Below are positions 23,745 through 36,663 of a stretch of DNA of 64,000 nucleotides, in pieces. The position numbers were made by a program, and so were the translations under genes. Origin of the DNA: Nemertoderma westbladi (Eukaryota > Animalia > Xenacoelomorpha). Within the stretch, counting starts at the first letter, position 1, and each line of letters begins with the position of its first letter. The stretch spans positions 17,907 through 81,906 of the forward strand of contig JAUCBJ010004194.1 in the NCBI GenBank assembly GCA_032718475.1. Direction: 5' to 3'. The notes below the pieces were generated by a model that was given only the letters and a program-made list of their open reading frames with translations, did not search any database and was not told the origin of the DNA.

Positions 23745-26720
23745 TATTTAATGCTGCCCATGCCTTCCCCTTATATATCCGGAAGTCTTCTCCTGACATT
23801 CTGATCTATGATCCCAAGTAGCAGAAGTCATCCACATGCTCAAGCACGCTGTCCTTAGAGCTTATTCCTTTACTATCAAACATTTCTTGAGGGCTGTCTA
23901 GGTTGACGGTCATGATTTTGGTCTTCTTGGACAAGCTGTCCTTAGAGCTTATTCCTTTACTATCAAACATTTCTTGAGGGCTGTCTAGGTTGACTGTCAT
24001 GATTTTGGTCTTCTTGGAATTTACAATAAGACCAACACTAGAAGCAACCTGCTCCAAAGAGCAGAGGGGCTTTTGGGCTCCCTCTAGTGATTCTGACAGC
24101 ACCCTTAAGTCATCAGCAAAAGTTTTGATTAGTAAGGTACTTTGCTGTATTTCCTCTGCTTGTTGTGACTGTAGGGGGTGTTACCATCACCCCAACATTA
24201 TTAAGATGGTCTAAGGACATGCGTAGAACAACAATTACGAATAAGAATGGTGCAAGTGTGTCACTAATGGATCTGTGTCACCATCAGCAGTAGACACAAA
24301 TGTGGTAGAACCATCGTACAGTGATCTGATAGCTGTAATAATTTCCTCAGGAATCCCATCTGCTGCCAGTATGCTGAACATACATGGTTGGGAGACTGAG
24401 TCGAAGGCTTTAAAGAAGTCAACAAAGATAATAAACCAGTTGTCTGTCTTTCTTTATTGATAACTCTTCGATTATCATTCTGAGTTCCAGAATAGGCTCC
24501 ATTGTCCCATGACCTTTACGGAACCCATTTTGGTTCCCACGTAACAGTCTCACAACAGGATCACTGATGCAAATTAATATAATTATATTGTATAGCTTTA
24601 CAGCAATCGAGATTAATGAGATTCCATGGAAAGATCCATGGGTTGTTAGGTTGCCCTTCTTTGGGGCTGGGACCAACTTATTTGTTTTCAGTTCTTGAGG
24701 GACTCTCTTTGTCCTATACATGTCCACAATAATGGGATGAATGAGCTCCAAGCACTCAGGAATTTTAAAGACCTAAGGGGGCATGCCATCTACTCCACTG
24801 GCACGATTGGTCTTCATGCACCTAGCTACACGATTCCTAGCTACTTGATTTCAGCAAAGGAGATGTCACCAATGCGGATATCTGTGAGCTACATGATGCT
24901 ACAGACTCAGCTACATGATGTGTCTCAAAGTTATCAGGCAATACCATGTCATTGATTAGAAGCTTCTCAAAGTGGTCCTTCCAACCTTTTAGGCATTCAG
25001 CTGGAGATTCAGCCTTAACCTTGGTGGTTGTTTGGCTTTTCCTCCCAGTGAGCAGGTTAATTGATTTCCATGCCTGGGCTGATTGCCTGCTATCATCAGC
25101 ATTGTTAATGGCATCAACCTGCTTATTGATAAGCTCCTTCAGATTATCAGAGTACTGCATGTTAAGGGACCTAGATGCAGCCTTAACTGCATACTTGTCT
25201 GTCCTAGTGTGCCGGAGAGGGCGGGACTCATTCTGCACCTTAAAGAGGTCATTTCAGCACTTCCGAATTCTGTGGTCAGTCTAGGGGGCCTTTTTCCTGT
25301 TTCGAGGGTATATAGGGACTGTTTCTGCAGCATGAAGGCAGTATTACCATCAAAGTGATCTTTTACCTCAGAGACAAGAACCTCATACCTCTTTCTCAGC
25401 TTTAGTGTGAAGCTGGATCTCACATTGGGCTGATGCATCAGAGTGGACCAGTCATGCCGTGACAAGGCAGATTTCGCAATTCTGCTAGCACGGAGACTAA
25501 CACTTACCTTGGTTACAATAAGGTGGCGATCACTGGAGAAGGGTTTAATTGTAAATGCACTACAGTCTTGCATAGAGCTCCTCTATTTCCTACGAAATAG
25601 AATGTGGTCACTGGGTCCAGTGTGAGTCCATAGCTTTCCAGGGCGCTTCTTGAACTGAGTTCCAGCTGAAAATGGTCCATTTCCAGAGATGAAATCCTGA
25701 AGATTGATGGAATATCGCTTAACACTATTGCTATAGATCCAGGGCGATGTGGATGAGTGATGCAGACTTGCATTAAAAAGTCACCCAGGAAAGTTAAGAA
25801 TGCATGCTCATCCACTCCATCAGTAGCTGCTTGTAGATTGTGGTACAAATTTTCCATCTCCTCTACTGGGACAACACTAGTAGGAGAGTAGCACAAAATC
25901 AGAACCATTTTACGAAACTTCTTTGCAAGTCTTCCGGAACATGATAAATGGCAGCGGATGATGCTGGTGACTCAGGGTTTGGGCCAGAAAGGTCATCAGG
26001 AAAGGGACTCACATAATTGTTGGCCGCTCTCTCTCCAGTAGGGGGAAAAGACAGGCAACCAGTCAGGAGATAACTGACGCCTGTGAGGCCTATTGTGTCC
26101 GATAAATCCACTGGCCTCTAGTGGCCAGACCTCCGCATTACTAATATAATCCCATAGTGGAGGTTGGGGGCGCTTTTTTGCTGAGTCAGCTCTCAGGGCA
26201 AATACCCCTGTAACCCTGTGACCCAAATAACCCTGGTTTGCCATTCCACAGGGAGGGTGTCGCAGTTGAGTCAGATATGGAGCCCATCACCCATACCTAC
26301 TCTGAAGCACATGTCCCACCATTGGCTATGCAGCTCATCTGCTGGGCCATCAATACCCTGTACCACTGCTGCCAGATGCAGGTCGCAGTGGAGTGCACAC
26401 AAATTGGAGATGAGTGCGCTCTACTCCTGACCAGCTATTGGCGGATTACCATCTGCCTGGTCAGGCCATATACCCCTGCCCACCTGCAGCCGATTATATG
26501 GGTCCTTAACCCAGGACAAAGGGTGTACCTATCCCAGAACGAAGGGGGTCCTAGTTACAGGACTAGATTAAGCCCTTATTACGAGGGTCTATGCAGCCAC
26601 AGGTAGCACCTCCTTTATGCTGCATGGAGGTGGCAAGTTTCCTGAATGAGTGACCCAGAATACCTGATCTGACACAAGGGGTCCGGTCAATGGGTCTGGT
26701 CAATTGAACAATGGGTTCGG
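23745..26720 (-). mobile_element. Degenerate RTE-clade LINE (5' UTR, partial APE, RT; 3'-truncated)
   Basis: Broken frames read CYSPT, LGDF, SSDRHL, PKKGNL, GNQNGFRKG, HVDDFCYLGS. Internal ~87-bp tandem duplication at ~23848-24020. Confidence 0.85.
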
Positions 26721-27187
26721 TCAGTAGCCATTGCCGGCTTACTTGTTTGTTTTTAAAATACTTTTTATAATTAAATGTTAAATAATAAATAATAATTATA
26801 TTGCCATGTAAATTTTGAACTTTTGAACTTTTGAACGCAATATAGCCAATTGTAATTCATTTAAACCCGAATGTACAGTACATATACCGGTATGCATATT
26901 AAAAAATCTAAATAAAATAACAATTAATTAAATTGCAGAATATTATTGAATGAAGATTCTAAACTGCGTTCCAATTGACAGTTTATTCAAAAAATGAATT
27001 AAAATTTTAAATTTTGTGTTTTCAAAAGTAGCATCTTGGCCACATAAATATTTAATTATACATGTAGGCCATGTGCCACAAGTCTATACTGACTGTTTGT
27101 CCATCTTTCTATCAGTTTGTAAGACAAATGTCAGTTGTTTGGTAAGTACCCCCTATTGTGTACTGACTGGTATGACTACCTAGAAAA

Positions 27188-27392
27188 CTCAGAATAAGGC
27201 CTTCTCTGTCTTTCTAAGTCTGCTGTATGCCACACTACCTCAGAATAAGGCCTTCTCTGTCTTTCTAAGTCTGCTGTATGCCACATTACCTCAGAATAAG
27301 GCCTTCTCTGTCTTTCTAAGTCTGCTGTATGCCACACTACCTCAGAATAAGGTCTTCTCTGTCTTTCTAAGTCTGCTGTCTGCCACACTACC
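27188..27392. repeat. 51-bp minisatellite, about 4 copies
   Basis: CTCAGAATAAGGCCTTCTCTGTCTTTCTAAGTCTGCTGTATGCCACACTAC in tandem. Confidence 0.95.
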
Positions 27393-27419
27393 ACCATCCT
27401 GACTGCCCGATAACGATTG

Positions 27420-28900
27420 TACCACAACAATGGCCAGCGCTTGGAAAGACGTAGGTAAATTAGAAAAAGAATTTCAATAGAAAAACGTACGGTACACCCT
27501 TGAAAGAACCATCTGATATAACTCATCTCATTATAATATAGACGCTACCTGAACAAATTAACTGGAGTTCTCTATTTCGCCGAAAAACGTTATTTTGAAC
27601 AACAATTTTCTAATTGCAGCTCATATATAAAAAAGACCTGGAAAAAATTAATCGCCAGATTACAAAGTATCAAAAAGATTCTAGTCCAAAAATAATTTAT
27701 TCTGATGACTTAAACACAAATGTTTTATCAACACCTACCTCAATTGCTGAAATATTCCCCTCTCTTGAAACTACAATACAAAAAAGTGAAAAATGTTCTC
27801 TATCTTATATAAAACGTAGTAGCCTCCCAAATTCATTTGGTTTGATCGAAACGACCCCTGTAGAAGTGCAATTCCACATCTTACACTTAAAAGAGAATAC
27901 ATCTTTTAACGACCCCTTTCCATGTAATTTAATAAAAATTGGCTCAGACATTATTTCCAATCATTTGGCAAACCTGAAATAATAAAATAAATAAATACGA
28001 GTTTCAAGCACGGTTTTTTTCCGGATAAACTCAAAACAGCCAGAATCACCCCTGTATACAAAAGCGGCGATCCATTAGACCCACAGATTTCTCTGCAGAA
28101 AAGGATCTAGTAGAACTGACTATCTATATGGCCTTACTGGAGCAATCCATGTTGATATATGTTCGAAGAAACAAGGGATAGCTTTAATGAGAAAGCTTTT
28201 GATAGTGTCGGGGTAAAGGGTTGCTGTATAAACTTTTTAAAAATGGAGTGCGTGGGAGGCTGCTACACATATTATGTAATATGCTTAAGAATCGCAAAAT
28301 TCAATTAATTATAAATGACTATTATGTGAGTAAGACATATGTACTTTCAGGCGATATTGGTTTACCGCAAGGGTCGGTGATATCACTATATATTCAACAT
28401 TATTACGTAATATTCAACACTTATGGAAATTGCGTTTGAAGAATCTTAAGATGACCCAGATGAAGTACTCCACTCACACCTACCTTATCACCAATCGCTC
28501 TTAATTGTACAAGAAGTCAAGAGTCTTTTATATTAGGGCTACTTATTGGTCAGTATAACTTAGCACACATTCGTTACATATACGGTGACTTGTGCGCCTG
28601 TGGTAAATAAACCTGAAACGGAGTAGCATTACTTATTTGAATGTCCACATCGCTCTCAACTGGTCAATGAACTCTCAGAATCATTAAATAGCTACGGCTA
28701 CATTCAGTCACTTCTCAAACTTCAGTTCGTGCGACAGCGACATTCACAGATCTGCAGTACCTTGTAAACTCATGTAAATAGTAGCTTTTCTATCACCCCA
28801 CCCCCCTAACTGTTTTTCATTATGTTATTATCTATGTTGTAAATTCTGTTATATATTTATGGTGGTGGTATATATAATTATTGTGCTTCCATTTTATCCG
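27420..28900 (+). pseudogene. Degenerate CR1-group LINE ORF2 fragments, possibly from more than one element
   Basis: FPDKLKTARITPVYKSGD, KAFDSV, GLPQGSVIS and a C-terminal CACG..ET..HYLFECP remnant. Confidence 0.65.
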
Positions 28901-29199
28901 CAATAAGGGATTAATCGAATTCCTAGATTAGGGCCTCATGATTTAGGGTTAGGGTTACATGTCAGTTTTAATTAGGGTTTGAGCCTAACCAACTAACGTA
29001 CACTAACCAAAATAATAAACCAATAAATCCACGTGCCAGTGCCGTAAGGTAGGATAAGCCTACTACAGAATTATTATACTGTAAGTCTATAGGGGTGCAT
29101 TCCACGCGGGGGGGGGGGGGGGGGGGGGGGGTAAAGTTTCGCCTAGGACACCGGTACATAAAACGGTGTCCCTTGATGCGCTTAGCATTATAGCAGTTT

Positions 29200-29971
29200 A
29201 TGCCATGCTTATGGATCACCTGGGTGATACTAGTGGACAATTGCTTATGGATCACCTGGGTGATACATAGCGCGGTAGTGGACCATAGCTTATGGATCAC
29301 CTGTATGATACATAACGCAGTAGTGGACCATTGCTTATGGATCACCTGTATGATACATAGCGCAGTTGTGGACCATTGCTTATGCATCACCTGGGTGATA
29401 CATAACGCAGTAGTAGACCATTGCTTATGGATCACCTAGGTGATACATAGCGCAGTAGTGGACCATTGCATATCGATAACCTGTATGATACATAACGCAG
29501 TAGTGGACCATTGCTTATGGATCACCTGGGTGAAACATAGCGCAGTAGTAGACCATTGCTTATGGATCACCTGGGGATACATAGCGCAGTAGTTGACCAT
29601 TGCTAATGGATCACCTGTATGATACATAACGCAGTAGTGGGCCATTGTTTATGGATCACCTGGTTGATACATTGCGCAGTAGTGGACCATTGCTTATGGA
29701 TCACCTGTATGATACATAGCGCAGTAGTGGACCATTGCTTATGGATCTCCTGTATGATACATAACGGAGTTAGTGGTCCATTGCTTATGGATCACCTGGG
29801 TGATACATAGCGCAGTAGTGGACCATTGCTTATGGATCACCTGGGTGATACATAGCGCAGTAGTAGACCATTGCTTATGGATCACCTGGGGATACATAGC
29901 GCTGTAGTGGACCATTGCTTATGGATCACCTGGGTGATACATAGCGCAGTAGTGGGCCAATGCTTATGGAT
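29200..29971. repeat. 45-bp minisatellite, left block (about 17 copies)
   Basis: Unit TTGCTTATGGATCACCTGGGTGATACATAGCGCAGTAGTGGACCA. Confidence 0.95.
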
Positions 29972-29995
29972 TGACTGATATTTCTCACGAACTAC

Positions 29996-31357
29996 TTGCT
30001 TTACTTCATGATTTTGGATTTCGAAACAGGATTTCGCATACTTGCTGTACCGGTTTTGCCTAACTTACACAGTACAGCAGTATTAAGAACGTGGGCTTAC
30101 CCTACTATTTATATTTCACTTCTTCGCGTGAATGCCAACTTCACTATGGCGCGCGCAGCGGAGCCTGATATCTGCAACTGCAATCATATAAAGAACGACA
30201 TACTTGCCTACATCTGGGTATCTCACATTGCCGAGGCGCAAACGCGCGATACAATAATTGCTATCGTTCAATCTTGGCCGAAGTTTAACGACGCACTGTT
30301 GAAGGAGGCAAAGACTGTTCTCCTCGGGCTAATCCCTTCTTCGGATAGGAACAAGTCCAAGCAAAGCTTCTCTAAAGTTCGCCAGAATGGTGACTCCTTA
30401 CGGCGAAATCTGGTCGTCGACATCCTAGATATGTTCGAGTATCCGGGATTCTGTGACAGAGGTTCCGCCTCCGATAACTCTACTGCTACTCGTCTTCCTG
30501 AATTTATTCCGGTCAACCTAGCGAGTCTTCCACCGTTTTCTTTAGGCAGCGCTGACATCTCTATGCTGTGTCGAACCGTCAGCATGCTGCAGGACAGGGT
30601 CGCTGTTCTCGAGGCAAACTACGGGCGACAGGAGGCCCCTCTTGCTTCTCAAACAGCTGCGTTATGTACAGGCAAGAAAGGTGGTTCGATCGTTACTCCT
30701 TCTCCTTCGGAACCACGGATTCACTCCTATGCTGACAAAGCTAAAACCACGAATGCTACCTGGAATAATTCATCCGCTGCTGGTAGCATGATCGTTATTG
30801 ACGATGATGATAGTTTTGCTGTTGTAGGTGCAGACGGCAAACATCGGGCGGCGAAACCCGTAGCGTCTAAGCATCCACGACCTGCCGGAAATAACAACGT
30901 TGCTAAGTCTAACCCCGGCGGCCAAAAACCGCAACGGAGGAAGTTTATTGAAGGCGCATCTTCGTCAACTGCGCTCAGGACAGTGCAGCCTATTAGAAAA
31001 CTGTATTTAACTGGGCTCGGCATCGAGGTTGTGCCTAAAGATATCGAAGCATATATAAAAGATACTGTTGATCTAAACGTTTCAGTCGAACTGGTTAATA
31101 GGGAAGGTGCCACGCAGTCTTCTTTTATCTTAATGTGCAAAGATAACGAGCGCGAAACTCTTTTTAACCCCACCACATGGCCTCGACATGCTAGAATCAA
31201 CTCTTATTTCCCTCCGAAGAATCGGCGTCCGGTAGTTACACAGGTCCCTGGGTCTTCCTCGGGACTCCTGCCCAGCGGTGACTCTGTTATGTCAGGTACC
31301 CAGGGCGTCTTGACCAACATTCCGGAATCTACTCAACCAATAGGTTTGTCCACGTAG
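29996..31357 (+). CDS. LINE ORF1 protein (probable start at the ATG near 30147)
   Basis: Open frame with an LPEFIPVNLASLPP motif, a short coiled coil, SYADKAK, and a C-terminal RRM-like LYLTGL..SF..WP. Confidence 0.75.
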   Translation: MLYFMILDFETGFRILAVPVLPNLHSTAVLRTWAYPTIYISLLRVNANFTMARAAEPDICNCNHIKNDILAYIWVSHIAEAQTRDTIIAIVQSWPKFNDALLKEAKTVLLGLIPSSDRNKSKQSFSKVRQNGDSLRRNLVVDILDMFEYPGFCDRGSASDNSTATRLPEFIPVNLASLPPFSLGSADISMLCRTVSMLQDRVAVLEANYGRQEAPLASQTAALCTGKKGGSIVTPSPSEPRIHSYADKAKTTNATWNNSSAAGSMIVIDDDDSFAVVGADGKHRAAKPVASKHPRPAGNNNVAKSNPGGQKPQRRKFIEGASSSTALRTVQPIRKLYLTGLGIEVVPKDIEAYIKDTVDLNVSVELVNREGATQSSFILMCKDNERETLFNPTTWPRHARINSYFPPKNRRPVVTQVPGSSSGLLPSGDSVMSGTQGVLTNIPESTQPIGLST

Positions 31358-31465
31358 CCAACTGGGCTATATTCCATGTATTATCGTGTATTTTTAATAA
31401 CCCGACATCTTTTCCTTTTTAAATATATATTTTTATACTATTAATTCCTTTTTATCATCTTACTA

Positions 31466-34356
31466 GTGTTTTCAATGGCGAATAATAATATGAAACTTAG
31501 TTTAACTTCATACAATTGTAACTCAATTAAAAATGCGGCTTCGCAGAAAATTATTTTCAATTTGTGCGAATCAGGAACCGATATTTTATTCCTGCAAGAA
31601 CTGTGTATAACCAAGCAGGAGCTTGGTATTGTTAATAATTTACACCCTGGTTTTCTAGGTGTTGGTGTATCTCCTGTTTGCAGTAGTTCTGGTATACTAT
31701 CCGGGCGCCCTTATGGTGGAGTAGCCGTAGTGTACAGAAACACAATTGCACACGCTGTTAACGTTATTCAATTTAATGATTCACGATTTATTGGTGCAGT
31801 TGTTAACCGTAATTTACATAAACTATTTTTACTCAATGTTTATATGCCTTACCAATGTGCAGAAAATGACACATTGTATACAAATTGCCTGGGTGAGATA
31901 AAATCCATTTATGAATCAATTGGTTTTACTAACTTTTGCATTATTTGTGATTTTAATGCTCATCCAGATATTTCGCGCTCTTTTTATGCTCATCTTACCG
32001 AATGGTGCAATAACGAGGGGTTAATAATTTTAGATATTGAACATCTGCCTTCGGACACCTTTACGTACATAAAGTGACGCACACTCCAGCACATCTTGGC
32101 TGGATCATATTGTGTGTCCTCCATCTACTGGTAGTATTATTAGTTCAGTTTCTGTGGACTATTCACTGTCTATTAGAGACCACATGCCTCTAGTTGTAGA
32201 TTTTTCAGTTTATATTTCCCCCTCGCCTGTAATTAAAGCTAATTGTACTTGTAACGCATCTCCCAGGTGCCCCAAGTTGGATTGGTGTAAGACATCTCCT
32301 GAGTCACTTAATAATTATGCTTTTAAAGTTAAAAGTTTGTTGATAATGAATATGTAAACTGTACAGATCCACATTGCAGTAATAGTTCTCATAGAATCGA
32401 TATTGATAATATTTTTAACTTTATAGTTAATACTTTAAACACTTGTGCTAATGAAACTATTAAATGTAAAACGTCTGTGTCATCTTCTAAACGCCACATC
32501 CCTGGGTGGAATGACTTTGTACGGGAGAAACATGACGACGCCAGAAATAAGTTTTATCCTGGAGATCAGCCGGGTCTCCCAGGCAAGGTTATATTCACGA
32601 TAATTATCTGCGGTCGAAAGCCAATTTTAAACGAGCGCCCAGGGCATGTAAGCGTGATGAACAGAACATACGTGATACTAAATTAGCTGAGTCTTTATTG
32701 GGCAGTACTTCAAATAAAGGTAACCCAATAAAGAACTTTTGGTCTGATGTACACAAATGTTGCTCGGAAACAACTGTACTCGGTAGTACAGTTGTTTAAA
32801 GTAGGCGACGCAGTTGGTCCCGAACAGATTTGTGGGTTGTGGAGAGATCATTTTTGTGATCTATTTAATTCAGTATCTGATGACAGTAGTAAGGAATTTG
32901 TAACTAATAAGTTATTGGGAACTACTTTTAGTAAAACAAATAATGTAGTAGTTAATGAAATATTTGAAGCTATTAATAGTTTGTGTAGCGGTAAGGCAAT
33001 AGGCCCTGATGGCCTTGAAGCTGAGCATTTTATCCATGGGTGCTGTGTACCACTGTTGAATATTTTAACTCTATTTTTTAACTTAATTTTCAGCCATGGT
33101 TATATTCCCCAGCTTATGATGGAATCCGTTATTATTCCTTTAATAAAGGATAAAACCGGGGACCATACAAGCAAAGATAATTATAGGGGTATTTCGATAG
33201 CTACTGTTCTTAGTAAATTACTGGAAAATATTATTTTGGCACGGTGCTTGTCTTTGATGTATACGACTGATAATCAGTTTGGATTTAAGACAAAATTAGG
33301 TACGGAATTATGTATCTTTACACTTAAGGAGATACTTAATTACTATATTTCTAACAATACGCCCATTTACGTATGTATGTTGGATGCCAGTAAAGCATTC
33401 GACAAAATAAATCATTTTAAGTTATTTAGTAAACTGATATCGCGGGGTTTTCCATTATATGTAGTCCGCATTATTTTATATTGGTATCGAGCTCAGTCGA
33501 TGCATGTAATCTGGGGTGGTTTTACATCTGCTAAGTTTACTGTTACCAATGGTACTAAGCAAGGTGGTATTTTGTCGCCTTTGCTCTACAACATTTATAT
33601 CGATGATTTATGCAAGCAAATGTCCAGTGCTGATGTAGGTTGCGTTATTGATGGAACCAGGATTAATCACCTTGGTTACGCTGATGACTTATGTTTAATT
33701 TCAAACTCTATTTTTGGTTTACAGCACTTAATAGATATATGTGTTACTTACGCAAAAGGTAATTCTATAACTTTCAATAAAAAGAAAAGTAAGTGTTTAT
33801 ATTTGCATCCTAAGGGGTCGACAATTATTTGTCGCCCTAGTGTTTATCTTAATGGCTCTCCTATTGAAGTCGTTGAGAAGTTTAATTATCTTGGCCATAT
33901 TGTACACAGTACTTTTTAGATGACGACTACGATATCAGGAATCAAACTTGTAAGCTTTATTCTAGGGGTAATTTTTTGATTCGCAAATTCGGTTCATGCC
34001 CTGTCCCCGTTAAAGTTACTTTATTTCGTGCATATTGTACACCGTTATATTGTAATGCTCTTTGGGCCAGACAAAACTATTCTGAGTCTGTTCACAACAA
34101 ACTCAAAGTAGCTTATAATAATTGTGCTAGACGGTTTTTCAATATACCCAGAGTTGTTGATGATGAAACTACTAGCATTCGATTAGCTTTAGGGTCCTTA
34201 AATGTCCCTCTTTTTATTCATATTCGTTATAGGGCGGTCGCTGGCCTTTTTTGCCGCATAACCAAACTAGATAACTACGTTCTGCGTGCCATTTGCACCA
34301 TTGCCAAGGGTTCTAGAATTTGCGCAATGCGTAATACCGAATTTCTATGTAGCTAA
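31466..34356 (+). pseudogene. LINE ORF2 (APE + RT) with stops and frameshifts
   Basis: SYNCNS, LFLQE, GRPYGGVA, CDFNA, DHMP, DNYRGIS, DASKAFD, GTKQGGILSP, GYADD, LFRAYCTPLY, KVAYNN. Confidence 0.9.
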
Positions 34357-34485
34357 TTACGTTAATTTGTCTAATCATTTTGGTAATTTGTATAATTTAG
34401 TGTTATGTTTACATTGGTCATTATTGTGCTCTAACTATTTTACTACTATGGAATTTATTTTTCTGAATTAAAGATTATAATAATA

Positions 34486-34678
34486 ACCTGTATGATACAT
34501 AACGCAATAGTGGACCATTGCTTATGGATCACCTGGGTGATACATAGCACAGTAGTGGACCATTGCTTATTGATCACCTGGGTGATACATAGCGCAGTAA
34601 TGGACCATTGCTTATGGATCTCCTGTATGATACATAACGGAGTTAGTGGTCCATTGCTTATGGATCACCTGGGTGATT
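34486..34678. repeat. 45-bp minisatellite, right block (about 4 copies)
   Basis: Same unit as 29200-29971, resuming almost in register after the LINE tail. Confidence 0.95.
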
Positions 34679-34762
34679 CAGAGCGCAATATATTAATGAT
34701 ACAAAATTTTTTAAAATTTGATTGACTGTAACACGTGTAACATTATAAATAATAATCAACAG

Positions 34763-34903
34763 ATGTAGATGAGTGCACTGCTGATATTCACGGATGCACT
34801 GAAAGTGCCACTACAACTGGAAGTTGTACAAACATTGTGGGAAGCTACCAATGTGAATGTAAAGCTGAATTCACACCAACCGCCAATCCACAGATTTGCC
34901 AAG
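34763..34903 (+). CDS. Host gene exon 5: calcium-binding EGF domain, duplicate of exon 4
   Basis: Acceptor ATCAACAG| and donor G|GTAATA; 141 nt. Reads DVDECTADIHGCTESATTTGSCTNIVGSYQCECKAEFTPTANPQICQ. Confidence 0.88.
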
Positions 34904-35217
34904 GTAATAAATAAATTTGTATTACGATTATACTGTAATAATAATAATATAAAGTGGAATTGATTTAGGGAAACGCAATGAGAGTATAAAAATAACAGCA
35001 AGCGCGATAATCGTTAACTTCATATCAATATATTAAAGTACGTAAAAACAATGAAATCATATGCACAAGTTCTAGTTTCGATTTTTACACAAACTCATCT
35101 TAGTAATAATGTACAAAATTTAGCCTAAATGTTGCAAACTGCAAGGTTTGAATTTAAAAAGATGGCGCCAAAAAATAATAAAAAGGCGGTTACTGTTAAG
35201 CGATTACTGTATAAATC

Positions 35218-35725
35218 GCCAAAATATTGTAAAAATATTTATTTCAAAATTGTAACATTACTCAACGCCGTTAGTATTAACAGCGAGTTGTTATTTAGCA
35301 CTTTACAACTTAAGAGGACATTGCAGCATTGTATTGGCCTGTACATTTAGTATTGTATTTGGTGTTATTGTTTACGTGGTAACCTAAGACGGCGTTAAGT
35401 AATGTCCACTAAGGGGACATTACTTAACGCCGGCATTGGTTACCACGTAAACAATAGGTGGAAATTTGCCTGACAGCCAGATAGTCCCACTGGTACTGCA
35501 TTACCTACAGGTAGGCGGGGTATAGCTATTAATAACCAGTAGCTATATTGTTAACATGGCTCCAAACGCCACCATAAATCTAAGCTAACTTATATATGAC
35601 ATAATTTATGTCATTTTTACACTTAATTATACAGCAACTAATTTAATTTGTGCAGTTTCTATTACTTATAATGTATATGTACAATCATTTCGTAATGTTA
35701 CAATTTTGGAATAAAACTACATACG
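35218..35725. repeat. Nested foldback element with a ~90-bp central hairpin (35366-35456)
   Basis: TATTGTTTACGTGGTAACC..GGCGTTAAGTAATGTCC pairs with GGACATTACTTAACGCC..GGTTACCACGTAAACAATA. Outer arms: CAAAATTGTAACATTAC / GTAATGTTACAATTTTG. Confidence 0.7.
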
Positions 35726-36663
35726 GGTGAAACCACAAAATAGTGGCCAAGACACAGTTCCTACAATATTTCGACTTAAGATGGGTGAAATTTAACGCGG
35801 TAAAAAGTGTTTACAAGTATAGACAGTAAAAAATGGCCAGGGAGATGTTTTGGGAAAGATAGTTTTTCATTAAGTACCAAAATTTTCGACTTAAATCACC
35901 CAAAATCGACTTTTTGACGTGTCCACGACACAATTACAATTTAAAAAACCTGGTCCTATCGCGGTACCGCCAATAGTAGTTCATAATGTTATACATCAAT
36001 CGATAGCTCATTAAATTTGCTACACAACGGGCATAAGTTCAAATAATACACGAGGATTTAAGGTTTGTATATAAATTGTGCGCAAAACATAGAGTGGATA
36101 TTTTTTGCATGCGTGTAATGTCCCATGTTACAAAGCTTGTAATAACTCTTTTATGTCAAATATTTTGCTTTATTGAGTGCTTGTATAAAAATTCCGTGTT
36201 ATTAGCAAATATGATACAAAAAGAAATGTCAAAATTCACTGAATATTCGCACATATATTAAGATTTTAGCTTTCGCAGATCGGTATGGAAAGATGATTTT
36301 GTCCCATTACAGCACACATTCTCAGGCCCATATAGCTTTACTGTTTTCATTTCAAAACCAATGTTATATGTCTCCAGAGAGCCAATTTTATGATTTCCTG
36401 CAACCCATGATATTGCTTTTGCGCCGCTGTGCTTTGCAAAATCCCCCACTCAGTGGTGCGAATAGTTTAATATATAATGGGATAAAGTGTCTCGTCTTGC
36501 GAGACATTTAATTATAATTACTAAAGTAAATTATCTATATTTGCAAAGGGTGAGGGTTAACAGACCCAGCGCAGAATTAACACGGTTAATAAGGCTACCC
36601 CACCCAAGCAAAAGCAATACCAATAAGTAAGGGCAGCGCAACGGCATCCAGATTTTGGTATCA

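Larger units (their letters stand above)
29972..34485 (+). mobile_element. Near full-length two-ORF LINE (RTE-X-like), ORF2 disrupted
   Basis: ORF1, then APE and RT, ending in AATTAAA and a short (TAA)n tail. It interrupts the 45-bp array. Confidence 0.85.
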
